Source: Betaproteobacteria bacterium
GTDB taxonomy: Bacteria; Pseudomonadota; Gammaproteobacteria; Burkholderiales; Burkholderiaceae
Direction: 5' to 3'
DNA length: 48,626 nucleotides
Assembly: GCA_947378095.1 (NCBI GenBank)
Contig: CANCIL010000001.1
Location: 1 to 48,626, forward strand
In this document: positions 1 through 8,708 of the stretch, one piece after another
Layout of the letters: each line of letters begins with the position of its first letter
Numbering within the stretch: position 1 is the first letter of the stretch
Notes under the pieces: model-generated
Told to the model about the DNA's origin: nothing
The model's input: only the letters and a program-made list of their open reading frames with translations
Databases searched by the model: none
Program-made: the position numbers and the translations under genes

Positions 1-2
1 CC

Positions 3-329
3 CAATTAAGTAATGAGGGTATTGCAGGAATTATTGCAGTTGAGCCGTCCGCTTGTCCCGATGCAAATAGCGATATGACCCCATATACCAAGATGCCTAT
101 TATGGTGATGTATGGTGACTATATGGAGATTTCTCCGCGATGGGCGCCAAGATTAAAAGCTTGTCGTGCCTTTGTTGAAAAGGCTAACCAAGCTGGTGGC
201 AAAGTGGAGTTACTGTTATTGCCTGAGATTGGAATTATGGGTAACTCACACATGATTATGCAAGACAGCAATAGCATTCAGATTGCAGATATCCTAGGCT
301 CTTGGATTGAGCGGCGTATTAAAAACTAA
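3..329 (+). CDS. Alpha/beta-hydrolase (esterase-like), C-terminal part; 5' truncated by window edge
   Basis: Frame open from nt 3 (QLSNEGIAGIIAVEPSACP...), then PIMVMYGD and GIMGNSHMIMQD, typical of the C-terminal His loop of this esterase family. Confidence 0.7.
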   Translation, partial: QLSNEGIAGIIAVEPSACPDANSDMTPYTKMPIMVMYGDYMEISPRWAPRLKACRAFVEKANQAGGKVELLLLPEIGIMGNSHMIMQDSNSIQIADILGSWIERRIKN

Positions 330-350
330 GACTATCTAAGACCTGTAGAT

Positions 351-378
351 AAAAAAGCCACCTTCGGGTGGCTTTTTT
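351..378 (+). terminator. Rho-independent terminator (possibly bidirectional)
   Basis: AAAAAA-GCCACC-TTCG-GGTGGC-TTTTTT. Confidence 0.9.
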
Positions 379-483
379 ATCCCCTCTATTTTTTAGAATC
401 CCAATTTTCTACTGGTATTCCTCTATGGCAAGTACCTAAAACGAGAGTAGATTGATATTAGTACTCATGAATAGGGAGGCCAT

Positions 484-1032
484 ATGGCGAAGAATCCATT
501 TGATGTAGATGCCCTTGCGGGGCAGGAAAAGATGATGAAGGCAACAAAAGAAGTTGGCGCAGTGGCCATGGAGAGTGCGCAAGCAATTAATCAGATTAAT
601 CAACAAGCTGCTCAAGAATTGGCTGCCACAGTACAAAAACGGGTTGCCGAGTTAATGAAGTCACAAGATCCCCGTAGTGCATTTGATTTTGTGCATGCAG
701 AAGTGTTGCAAGATGCAGCTAAAGAAGTTACTCAATATCATCAGAAGCTACTTAAAATTCTAAATCAGGGCAATAAAGAATTGGCTGGTATTGCTGAGTC
801 CATGATTGAGGAATCTAAAGCCGATTTGATTCATTTTGTAAACGATGCTACGAATAATGCACCTAGCGGAAGTGAGGCATATGTATCAGTCTTTAAAACC
901 TCATTTAATACTGCTCTCCAAAATTTTGACCTAATACGGTCGGCAATGACTGATTCCTTTTCTCACTTTGAAAAAAGCGTAGAGAACGCGACTAAACTTG
1001 CGAATAGTCAGTCTTCGAGCAAGAAGCCCTAG
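484..1032 (+). CDS. Phasin family (PHA granule-associated) protein
   Basis: 182 aa, Ala/Gln/Glu-rich helical protein; NAPSGSEAYVSVFK resembles the NAPAGSE motif of betaproteobacterial PhaP; GGGAGG RBS. Confidence 0.75.
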   Translation: MAKNPFDVDALAGQEKMMKATKEVGAVAMESAQAINQINQQAAQELAATVQKRVAELMKSQDPRSAFDFVHAEVLQDAAKEVTQYHQKLLKILNQGNKELAGIAESMIEESKADLIHFVNDATNNAPSGSEAYVSVFKTSFNTALQNFDLIRSAMTDSFSHFEKSVENATKLANSQSSSKKP

Positions 1033-1928
1033 TATCTCTTCTGAAATTCCAGGGCGGTTTTAATGGTCTGAAAATGAATTTGAACGGTTGATTCAATTTC
1101 TTTTCCATAGCCGCCCGCCATCGATAGCGCAATTGGTAAGTTTCTATCAAGAGCGTATTGCAGAACCATCTCATCTCTCAGGCGCATTCCTTCATCACTA
1201 ATATTTAAGCGCCCAAGACGATCGCCTTCATGCGGATCTGCGCCTGCTAAGAAAATCAGGCTATCTGGCCGAAATTTCGCATCTAATTGATCTAAACAAT
1301 TTTCTAAGGCATTCAGATATGTTTGGTCTTCGCATTCATCCGCTAAACCTAAATCGAGATCACTTGATTCTTTTTTAAAGGGAAAGTTATTCTCACCATG
1401 AATCGATAGGGTAAAAATAGATGAGTCTTGCTGAAGAATGGATGCGGTGCCATTTCCCTGATGAACATCTAAATCAATAATGGCAATTTTGAGCTTAGAG
1501 CTCACTTCTTTTTGTAAAGTGCGGGCCGCAATAGCAGAATCATTAAAGACACAAAAGCCAGAGCCCATATCTCGATAGGCGTGATGCGTGCCGCCCGCTA
1601 AATTAACGGCCACTCCCTCGGACATAGCTGTTTTGCAAGCAGCCACAGTTGCTCCTGCTGATCTGCGGGAGCGCTCCACCATCTTTTCGCTCCAAGGAAA
1701 GCCAATCTCTCTTTGTTCTAGTGGGCTTAGATTTCCTTGAATGATTTTGATCAGGTACTGAGGGTCATGCGCATACAAAATTTGAGTGTCGCTCGCTGCA
1801 GGTGCTTCAACCAGTTCGATACCTTCTATCGTAGTAACTAAGTTCCGCAGCTTGGAATACTTTTCCATTGGAAAGCGGTGGCCGCTTGGTAATGGCAAGA
1901 CAAAATGGTCGGTATAAAACGCTTTCAC
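1029..1928 (-). CDS. Zn-dependent histone deacetylase family protein
   Basis: LPSGHRFPMEKY, GGTHHA, GFC, DLDVHQGNG, AGADP and GGY motifs. Confidence 0.92.
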   Translation of the reverse strand: MKAFYTDHFVLPLPSGHRFPMEKYSKLRNLVTTIEGIELVEAPAASDTQILYAHDPQYLIKIIQGNLSPLEQREIGFPWSEKMVERSRRSAGATVAACKTAMSEGVAVNLAGGTHHAYRDMGSGFCVFNDSAIAARTLQKEVSSKLKIAIIDLDVHQGNGTASILQQDSSIFTLSIHGENNFPFKKESSDLDLGLADECEDQTYLNALENCLDQLDAKFRPDSLIFLAGADPHEGDRLGRLNISDEGMRLRDEMVLQYALDRNLPIALSMAGGYGKEIESTVQIHFQTIKTALEFQKRY

Positions 1929-2299
1929 TCTTGGGTTGAGTATTGCTCTAGAACATTTAAAGGGACAATCTCAAGCGCTTTGATATTGGTGCTTTCTAAT
2001 TTAATGAGAGGCGCACAGTCAGCTTGAGCTGCTTCTATCCAGCGATTTATGCAAAGACACCATTGGTCGCCCGCAACTAAACCAGGAAATCGATATTCAG
2101 GCCTAGGTGTAATCAGATCATTGCCTTTGGCAAGACTAAATTGTAAAAACTCATCGCTCACTACCGCGCAAACTAGGTGACTTCCGCTATCTTCTTCATT
2201 CGTTTTGCAGCAGCCATCTCGAAAAAATCCCGTTAGCGGCTCAAAGGAGCAGGGAACCAAAGGCTGCCCCAATACGTTTAGTGCCACATCATTTTGCAT
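1925..2299 (-). CDS. DUF2237 family protein
   Basis: NVLG..L.PCS..PLTGFFRDGCC, GNDLITPRPEYRFPGL..GDQWCLC; 4-nt overlap with the HDAC gene. Confidence 0.88.
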   Translation of the reverse strand: MQNDVALNVLGQPLVPCSFEPLTGFFRDGCCKTNEEDSGSHLVCAVVSDEFLQFSLAKGNDLITPRPEYRFPGLVAGDQWCLCINRWIEAAQADCAPLIKLESTNIKALEIVPLNVLEQYSTQE

Positions 2300-2404
2300 A
2301 AAAGCCCTCTTCTGAGTAATAGATACCAGTTTATTGAAATAAGCTTAAACTTGCTGAATGCGGGGCATAGGTACTCTGTAACAGATGTACCTCTTTGGAA
2401 GAAT

Positions 2405-2950
2405 ATGAGACGATTTCTACTATCCCTTTGTGCATTGACTTGTTTGCTTGGCTCAGAAAGCTTTGCTCGCGATGCAGCTCATATTAATAATGCATTTGGT
2501 TCCGCCAAACTTCAAGGTAGTGGGAAATTGACTTGGTGGGGGCTGGATATTTATGATGCTGCCCTCTATCGTGCTGGCAATCTCAATTCTCCTGAGTTTG
2601 CTTTGGATCTGCGCTACCAAAAATCATTTACTGGGGTATCTATTGCTAATAGAACCGCTGAAGAAATGAAAAAAATTGGCGTGCCCGATATGCAAGCCGT
2701 TCTGTGGGGTAAGGAATTAGCAGGCTTCCTGCCTAATGTGGAATCTGGTCAGGCATTAACTGCAATCTATACCCCCAAGCAGGGCACGCTGTTTTATTTC
2801 GATGGAAAACAGATTGCCCAAGTAAAGGGTGCGGAATTCTCTAAAGCCTTTTTTGGTATTTGGTTTGATACCAAAACTACTGCTCCAAAACTACGTAGCG
2901 AACTTCTTGGGCAAAATTGTCCGCCCCCACTCATTAGCGAAGGTTGTTAA
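2405..2950 (+). CDS. Chalcone isomerase-like exported protein
   Basis: Signal peptide from ATG 2405 (ORF-track start 2294 overlaps the divergent gene); G.GKLTWWGLDIYDAALY and FSKAFFGIWFD..T.APKLR.ELLG motifs. Confidence 0.8.
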   Translation: MRRFLLSLCALTCLLGSESFARDAAHINNAFGSAKLQGSGKLTWWGLDIYDAALYRAGNLNSPEFALDLRYQKSFTGVSIANRTAEEMKKIGVPDMQAVLWGKELAGFLPNVESGQALTAIYTPKQGTLFYFDGKQIAQVKGAEFSKAFFGIWFDTKTTAPKLRSELLGQNCPPPLISEGC

Positions 2951-2953
2951 GCA

Positions 2954-3502
2954 ATGAAACAAAATTTATATAAATTAGGCATCTTGATATTTGCGAGCTT
3001 GTTGCTCAGCGCTTGTTCTGGCCCAAAAATTTCTCAATATGCTAATGAGAAACCAGTTTTAGACTTAAGCGAATATTTTTCAGGAACGCTCGACGCTTAC
3101 GGTATCTTTACAGACCGCAGTGGGGCTGTTGTTAAGCGATTTACGGTCTTGATTCAGGCGAACTGGACTGTAGTTGATGGCAAAAAGGTAGGAGTCTTAG
3201 ATGAAAGCTTTGAATACTCCGACGGCACTAAGCAAAAAAGAATTTGGAAACTAACCGAAGTTTCTCCAGGCAAATATGTAGGTAGAGCTGATGATGTTGT
3301 GGGGGATGCTCAGGGGGAGTCGGCTGGTAATGCCTTGAATTGGGCCTACACCTTAGCCTTACCAGTGGACGGCACTATTTACAACGTCCAGTTTGATGAT
3401 TGGATGTATCTTGTAAGCCCTAAGGTAATGCTCAATAAGGCTCAGATGAGTAAGTTTGGGATTAATTTAGGTGAAGTAACACTCAGTTTTTATAAGCGCT
3501 AA
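2954..3502 (+). CDS. DUF3833 family lipoprotein
   Basis: Lipobox LSAC; L..YF.G.L.AYG.F.DRSG.V..RF, LDE.FEY.DG..Q.R.W, FDDWMY motifs. Confidence 0.88.
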   Translation: MKQNLYKLGILIFASLLLSACSGPKISQYANEKPVLDLSEYFSGTLDAYGIFTDRSGAVVKRFTVLIQANWTVVDGKKVGVLDESFEYSDGTKQKRIWKLTEVSPGKYVGRADDVVGDAQGESAGNALNWAYTLALPVDGTIYNVQFDDWMYLVSPKVMLNKAQMSKFGINLGEVTLSFYKR

Positions 3503-3608
3503 ACAGAAGTCACCAATTTATGTCACACTTTCTCTTGTGGGGCAGTGTGATCAAGGCTATATAGCCTTTGCTAACTGCACAATTTCTAATAAAAAATATA
3601 GGTGACAT

Positions 3609-4589
3609 GTGACAACAGCTCGAGTCGTTAGTCTTTCTGAATTAGGTGGTGCCGACGTAATCAAACTCATAGATAAAGAATTGCTAGCGCCAGCAAAAGG
3701 TGAAGTGCAACTTCGTCAAACTGCCATTGGATTTAATTTTATTGACGTGTATCAGCGCTCTGGCGTATACCCACTAGAAATGCCAACTGGCCTAGGCCAT
3801 GAAGCGGTCGGCGTGGTGCAGGCGATAGGTGAGGGTGTTACTGGTCTGAAAGTCGGCGATCGTGTCATGTATATGAATGCTGGCATTGGCGCATATGCTA
3901 GCGCACGTAATGTAGCTGCAGATAAATTAGTTCCAGTGCCCGACAATGTTTCTGATGAAGTTGCTGCTGCAGTGTTTTTCAAGGCTATGACAGCGCAATA
4001 CCTCGTCCAAAAAACCTACAAGGTGAAAGCAGGCGATATCGTCTTAGTGCATGCGGCAGCCGGTGGTGTTGGTCAAATTTTGGCGGGCTGGGCAAAAGCC
4101 TTGGGCGCCTTTGTTGTGGGAAGTGTTGGATCCCCAGCTAAGTTTGCTGCAGCTAAAGAGGCTGGTTGTGATGCTGTCATTGATTACTCCAATCCAAATT
4201 GGGTTGAAGAGTTCCTCAAAGCAACTGGCGGCAAGAAGGCAAATGTGGTTTACGACTCTGTTGCTAAAACCACCTTCTTGGGTTCTTTGGATTGCACGGC
4301 TCCATTTGGTACGGTTGCGTTATTTGGCGCTGCATCTGGACCGGCACCGGAAATTCAGCCAGAAATCTTGAACAAGAAGGGCTGCTTATTTTTGACAAGG
4401 CCATCTGTATTTCCACACAATGCGACTCCAGCACTTCTCCAAGAGAATGCGAAAGCAGTGTTTGATGCTATTGCTAAGGGACAAGTGAAGGTTCAAATTG
4501 GCGCTAAATTTTCTTTAGAGCAGGCTGCTGATGCACATCGGGCTGCGGAAGGAAGAAAGATTGCTGGCGCTATCGTTATGCTCCCATAA
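3609..4589 (+). CDS. qor: NADPH:quinone oxidoreductase (zeta-crystallin/MDR family)
   Basis: AIGFNFIDVYQRSGVYP, GHEAVG, HAAAGGVG, LFLTRPS; GTG start. Confidence 0.9.
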   Translation: MTTARVVSLSELGGADVIKLIDKELLAPAKGEVQLRQTAIGFNFIDVYQRSGVYPLEMPTGLGHEAVGVVQAIGEGVTGLKVGDRVMYMNAGIGAYASARNVAADKLVPVPDNVSDEVAAAVFFKAMTAQYLVQKTYKVKAGDIVLVHAAAGGVGQILAGWAKALGAFVVGSVGSPAKFAAAKEAGCDAVIDYSNPNWVEEFLKATGGKKANVVYDSVAKTTFLGSLDCTAPFGTVALFGAASGPAPEIQPEILNKKGCLFLTRPSVFPHNATPALLQENAKAVFDAIAKGQVKVQIGAKFSLEQAADAHRAAEGRKIAGAIVMLP

Positions 4590-4612
4590 CCAATTTAGTA
4601 GCGCATCTCCCC

Positions 4613-4638
4613 AAGCCCCGTGTAAGCGGGGCTTTTTT
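4613..4638 (+). terminator. Rho-independent terminator
   Basis: AAGCCCCG-TGTAAG-CGGGGCTT followed by T run. Confidence 0.88.
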
Positions 4639-4667
4639 ATTACAAGTTCTAGATGTAATATGAACTG

Positions 4668-5078
4668 ATGAAAACACTTATACGCCCATTGGCCCTCATT
4701 CTTTGTATATTGACTGCCCCATCAGTTTGGGCGCAGATTCCTCAAACGCAGTATTCAGAGGGTATCTCCTATATCACTGGAGGAGTGGGTGAAGAGGAAT
4801 CAACGGCCATTCTTGCGGAAGCAAAGCAATGGCCATTATTGCTAGAGCTCTCCCAGCTTGAAAGCGGTAGAGGGGTTTGGATTTTTGGCAGTCAAATCAA
4901 AGTACTGAATGCAAAAAATGTTGTCGTTTTTGATGCTAAGGCAGATGGCCCCTATATGCTTATGAATCTGACCGCGGGCGACTATGCAATTCAGGCCAGT
5001 TACCAAGGTGTGGAGCAAAAGAGATCAATCTCAATTAAAGCTGGGCAAGCGCAAAAGATTTCTATCTTTTGGAAATAA
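4668..5078 (+). CDS. Exported protein, carboxypeptidase-regulatory-like (beta-sandwich) domain
   Basis: Signal peptide (VWA|Q); YITGGVGEEE and ADGPY...L.AG.Y.I.A.Y.G pattern. Confidence 0.65.
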   Translation: MKTLIRPLALILCILTAPSVWAQIPQTQYSEGISYITGGVGEEESTAILAEAKQWPLLLELSQLESGRGVWIFGSQIKVLNAKNVVVFDAKADGPYMLMNLTAGDYAIQASYQGVEQKRSISIKAGQAQKISIFWK

Positions 5079-5175
5079 GGGTAATTCAATGGTGCAATGC
5101 CACATTGGTGAGCATCTGCTATCTGGGATATAGTTTTAGAAACATCTAAAACAATAACTACCGAGGGGCAACCGC

Positions 5176-6030
5176 ATGACACTTTCTTCTTACAAGAGCT
5201 TGGTAGGATTTTATCTATCAGTCGTTTTATTAGGCACCTCAGGCAGCATTCAAGCACAAGCTCCAGCACCCAACTCCGCACAAGGTAAGACAGAAATCCT
5301 CTGGCTTGGTCAGGCTGGATTTCGAATCAAGAGCCCAGGGGGCAAGATCATCGTCATTGATCCTTGGATTACAGGTGGCCCAAAGACGCCGGCAATTTAT
5401 AAAAATGATTTAGCTGCACTCGGCCATGTTGATTTACTTTTAGTAACGCATGCACACGTGGATCATATTGGCGATGCTCCGGATTTAGCCAAAATGCACA
5501 AGACTCAACTGTATGGTCCTGCAGATATGATTACTCCTTTGATTACCCTGGGAGTCATGCCTGCTGAATTGACTCACCGTTTTAATAAATCGGGCCGCAT
5601 AACACCTCTGCCTGGTATTAAAGTCACTGCAGTGAAAGCAGAGCACTCCTCTTTATTGGTCTGGAAAAATCCGGCAACCAATAAATTAGAGTCACACCAT
5701 GCTGGTGAAGCAATGGGCTACATCATTCAACTAGAGAATGGTTTCAAGATTTGGCATATGGGTGACACCGGTATCTTTGGTGATATGAAATTCATCAGCG
5801 AATACTACAAGCCAGATTTAGTGATGGTCCCAATTGGTGGTAATTTCACTATGGCTCCTGATGATGCGGCTCATGCACTGCGCGAGATGATCAATCCTAA
5901 AATGGTGATCCCAATGCACTACAACTCCAATCCTTTAGCTAAAGGAACGCTTGCCGAATTTCAGGCGGATATGAAAGGTAGCAAAATTCAAGTGATCCCT
6001 ATGACTGAAGGGCAGACAGTTCAGTTTTAA
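5176..6030 (+). CDS. Exported metallo-beta-lactamase-fold metal-dependent hydrolase (UPF0173-like)
   Basis: WLGQA, IDPW, THAHVDH (HxHxDH), HMGDT, PIGGNFTM, IPMHY; N-terminal signal peptide. Confidence 0.88.
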   Translation: MTLSSYKSLVGFYLSVVLLGTSGSIQAQAPAPNSAQGKTEILWLGQAGFRIKSPGGKIIVIDPWITGGPKTPAIYKNDLAALGHVDLLLVTHAHVDHIGDAPDLAKMHKTQLYGPADMITPLITLGVMPAELTHRFNKSGRITPLPGIKVTAVKAEHSSLLVWKNPATNKLESHHAGEAMGYIIQLENGFKIWHMGDTGIFGDMKFISEYYKPDLVMVPIGGNFTMAPDDAAHALREMINPKMVIPMHYNSNPLAKGTLAEFQADMKGSKIQVIPMTEGQTVQF

Positions 6031-6044
6031 TGAGTTGAAAATAC

Positions 6045-6078
6045 AAAAAGCTCCTGTAGAAATTCAGGGGCTTTTTTT
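6045..6078 (+). terminator. Rho-independent terminator
   Basis: AAAAAGCTCCTG...CAGGGGCTTTTTTT. Confidence 0.8.
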
Positions 6079-6189
6079 ATAGCCAGATTCAGGATAAAGG
6101 GTATATCAGTACTTGTTTTCTGCCACGCTCTTATTTAATCTTGCATTTCGAGACTAGTGCTGTACAGATTAATTCATAAGGATCATTCA

Positions 6190-7209
6190 ATGACCAAACT
6201 TTCTTTCATTTCTAGGGTATTACTCATTTGCGGCTTGCTTGGCACATGTTGCATCCCTGCGATTGCACAATCGGATTATCCCAATAAGCCGGTGAAGATC
6301 ATTGTTCCCTTTCCTCCAGGGGGTACAACTGACATCATGGCTCGCATTTCGGCTGAGCAATTGACCAAGATTTTGAAGCAGGCATTTGTGATTGAAAATA
6401 TCTCGGGGGGTGGTGGCGTCATTGGTGCAGAGAGAGCAGCTGCAGCTCCTGCGGATGGCTATACCTTAGTCATGACTGGTGTGGGACAAAACGCAGTGGC
6501 CCATGGCTTAGATCCGAATTTGAAATATGACTCTTTAAAAGATTTTGCGCATATCTCTTTGATTGACCTAGGCCCAAATGTTTTGGTAGTTAATCCAGAT
6601 CGGCCTTTTAAGACTCTCAAAGATGTGGTGGATTACGCCCGTGCTAATCCCGGTAAATTGGATTACGGCTATACCTATGCGTCATCTGGTCATATGGCAA
6701 TGGAATTGCTGAGACAAGCAACTGCTACGTGTGCTGATGTGAAGAAAAAACTCAATTGCAATCCATTACCTTTAGTGGGCATTCCTTATCGTGGAGGAGG
6801 CCCTCTGATGAATGCAATTTTAGCTAACGAAATTCCGATTGAGTTCATTAATCAAGATGCTGCTTTGCCTTATGTTCAGGCAGGTAAATTGAGGCCTATC
6901 GCTGTGAGTAGTTTGCAACGTAATCCTTTGTATCCCAATGTGCCTACGGTTGCAGAAAGTGGTTACCCAGGATTTCAGGCACTCTCATGGGCTGGAATTA
7001 GTGCCCCCAAAGGCACGCCTAAACCTGTCTTAGATAAGCTGGAGGCAGCCATGGTTCAGGCTTTACAGACCCCTGAGGTGAGACAGCGCTTGGAGTCTGT
7101 AGGCTTTGTGGTGCCAACCCCAGGCTCAGCTGCCTATGTCAGCTTTTTGAAGGCTGAAATCGATCAATGGGTCTCATTAATCAAGAAATCAGGCATCAAG
7201 CCTGAATAG
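6190..7209 (+). CDS. Bug/TctC tripartite tricarboxylate transporter substrate-binding protein (atypical)
   Basis: YPNKPVKIIVPFPPGGTTD, DGYTL, PNVPTVAESGYPGF; ATG 6190 gives a clean signal peptide. Confidence 0.9.
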   Translation: MTKLSFISRVLLICGLLGTCCIPAIAQSDYPNKPVKIIVPFPPGGTTDIMARISAEQLTKILKQAFVIENISGGGGVIGAERAAAAPADGYTLVMTGVGQNAVAHGLDPNLKYDSLKDFAHISLIDLGPNVLVVNPDRPFKTLKDVVDYARANPGKLDYGYTYASSGHMAMELLRQATATCADVKKKLNCNPLPLVGIPYRGGGPLMNAILANEIPIEFINQDAALPYVQAGKLRPIAVSSLQRNPLYPNVPTVAESGYPGFQALSWAGISAPKGTPKPVLDKLEAAMVQALQTPEVRQRLESVGFVVPTPGSAAYVSFLKAEIDQWVSLIKKSGIKPE

Positions 7210-7232
7210 TAGCCTTTTCCTCCTTGGTTATG

Positions 7233-7254
7233 AAGCACCTTCGGGTGCTTTTTT
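7233..7254 (+). terminator. Rho-independent terminator
   Basis: AAGCACC-TTCG-GGTGCTT-TTTT. Confidence 0.88.
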
Positions 7255-7334
7255 AATTCTCTTTGGGCAAGGCTTATAATTCTGTAAGCATTTGAATTAA
7301 AAGAGAATATTCTTAAAAATCCATTCTGCTTGGT

Positions 7335-7363
7335 TTGACAGTCTCCTTGGGGTCTTGGACAAT
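7335..7363 (+). promoter_or_regulatory. Putative sigma70 promoter of the ccm operon
   Basis: TTGACA (7335-7340), 17-bp spacer, GACAAT (7358-7363), 35 nt upstream of the ccmA ATG. Confidence 0.6.
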
Positions 7364-7398
7364 GCCAAGAGTGGTTTGATTCAAGCCTACGACTCCTC

Positions 7399-8046
7399 AT
7401 GACAGCCACTACTTCTGCTACCTCCAGCAAATCTGACTTTGTGCTCCAGGCACGTGCCTTGAGCTGTGTGCGGGGCGATCGACAATTATTTTCTGGTCTG
7501 GACTTGCGGGTAGACTCTGGTGAGTGCCTGCATGTGCGCGGCCCGAATGGCGTTGGTAAAACCAGTTTGTTGCGGCTTTTAACTGGTCTATCCAAGCCTG
7601 AGTCTGGTGAGATCTTATGGAAGAACCATTCCATCGCAAAAGATCCTGGGCAATACCACCAAGATCTTTTATTTCTAGGCCATCGCGATGCATTGAAAGA
7701 AGATCTCACAGCTCTTGAGAATATTGAAATGTATGCAGCGCTCGACAATGTTGCTCTGACTCAAGCGCAGGCATTGTCTACTTTATGGCGTTTTGGTTTA
7801 CGTGGACGCGAAGATTTACCTGTGCAGTATTTGTCTGCTGGTCAGAAGCGACGAGTATTGATGGCACGTATGGCAAGTCGTCAAGCCAAGTTATGGATTT
7901 TAGATGAGCCCTTTAATGCGCTTGATGTGAATGCAGTTCAGGATTTACAAGATTTGATTGCTGAGCATCTTAGTGCTGGCGGCTTAGTTGTTTTAACTAG
8001 TCATCAAGAAATTCAGATTCCTCATGTGAGGGTCTTGGACTTATGA
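7399..8046 (+). CDS. ccmA: Cytochrome c biogenesis ABC ATPase CcmA
   Basis: Walker A GPNGVGKT, LSAGQKRRV signature, WILDEPF; first gene of the ccm operon. Confidence 0.96.
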   Translation: MTATTSATSSKSDFVLQARALSCVRGDRQLFSGLDLRVDSGECLHVRGPNGVGKTSLLRLLTGLSKPESGEILWKNHSIAKDPGQYHQDLLFLGHRDALKEDLTALENIEMYAALDNVALTQAQALSTLWRFGLRGREDLPVQYLSAGQKRRVLMARMASRQAKLWILDEPFNALDVNAVQDLQDLIAEHLSAGGLVVLTSHQEIQIPHVRVLDL

Positions 8047-8708
8047 ACGCTTTCTTTGCCATCATTCAGCGAGATTTGTTATTGGTGATGCGTCGCAAGA
8101 GCGAGGTGCTCACCGCTCTCTTTTTCTTTGTAGTAGTAACGAGCCTTTTTCCGCTCGGAATTGGCGCTGATGCTGCTTTATTGCGCAAGATTGCACCAGG
8201 AGTCTTATGGGTAGCAGCTTTGCTTTCAACTCTCTTGGGTTTGCAGAGAATGTTTGCTGCCGATTACATGGATGGGGCATTGGAGCAGCTCATTTTGACC
8301 CCACAACCGTTAGTGCTTTTAGTTGCCGGAAAGATTACGGCGCATTGGTTAGTGAGCGGCTTACCTTTGGTTTTATTGGCCCCCATTATTGGCATTCAGT
8401 TTGATTTAGATGCCAGCTCTTTGTATGTGCTGATGGGCAGTCTATTGCTAGGAACCCCAGTCCTATCCTTACTGGGCTCTATTGGCGCGGCTTTGACCTT
8501 GGGAGTGCGGGGCGGCAGCGTGCTGATGAGCTTATTGATTTTGCCGCTCTATATTCCTGTACTGATCTTTGGTGCTGGGGCGGTTTATGCCAATAGTGTG
8601 GGCCTAGATACCTCAGGCCATTTTTCACTGTTGGGCGCCTTATTGATTTTGGCTTTAGCATTTGTACCTTGGGTAAGTGCTAGCGCCTTAAAGATTGCGA
8701 TTGAATGA
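8043..8708 (+). CDS. ccmB: Heme exporter protein CcmB
   Basis: LFPLGIG, F..DY.DG.LEQL, LLILPLYIPVLIFG. Confidence 0.96.
   Translation: MNAFFAIIQRDLLLVMRRKSEVLTALFFFVVVTSLFPLGIGADAALLRKIAPGVLWVAALLSTLLGLQRMFAADYMDGALEQLILTPQPLVLLVAGKITAHWLVSGLPLVLLAPIIGIQFDLDASSLYVLMGSLLLGTPVLSLLGSIGAALTLGVRGGSVLMSLLILPLYIPVLIFGAGAVYANSVGLDTSGHFSLLGALLILALAFVPWVSASALKIAIE

Noticed and set aside
358-7247. Shared CACCTTCGGGTG core in two terminators as a repeat family or uptake sequence
   Set aside because: Explained by the common stable cUUCGg tetraloop; only two copies seen
7376-7384. TTGATTCAA upstream of ccmA as an FNR site
   Set aside because: Half-sites not spaced N4, and it lies downstream of the predicted -10
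7164-7748. 194-aa minus-strand ORF antisense to ccmA
   Set aside because: Shadow of a well-supported gene; crosses a terminator; no recognisable motif
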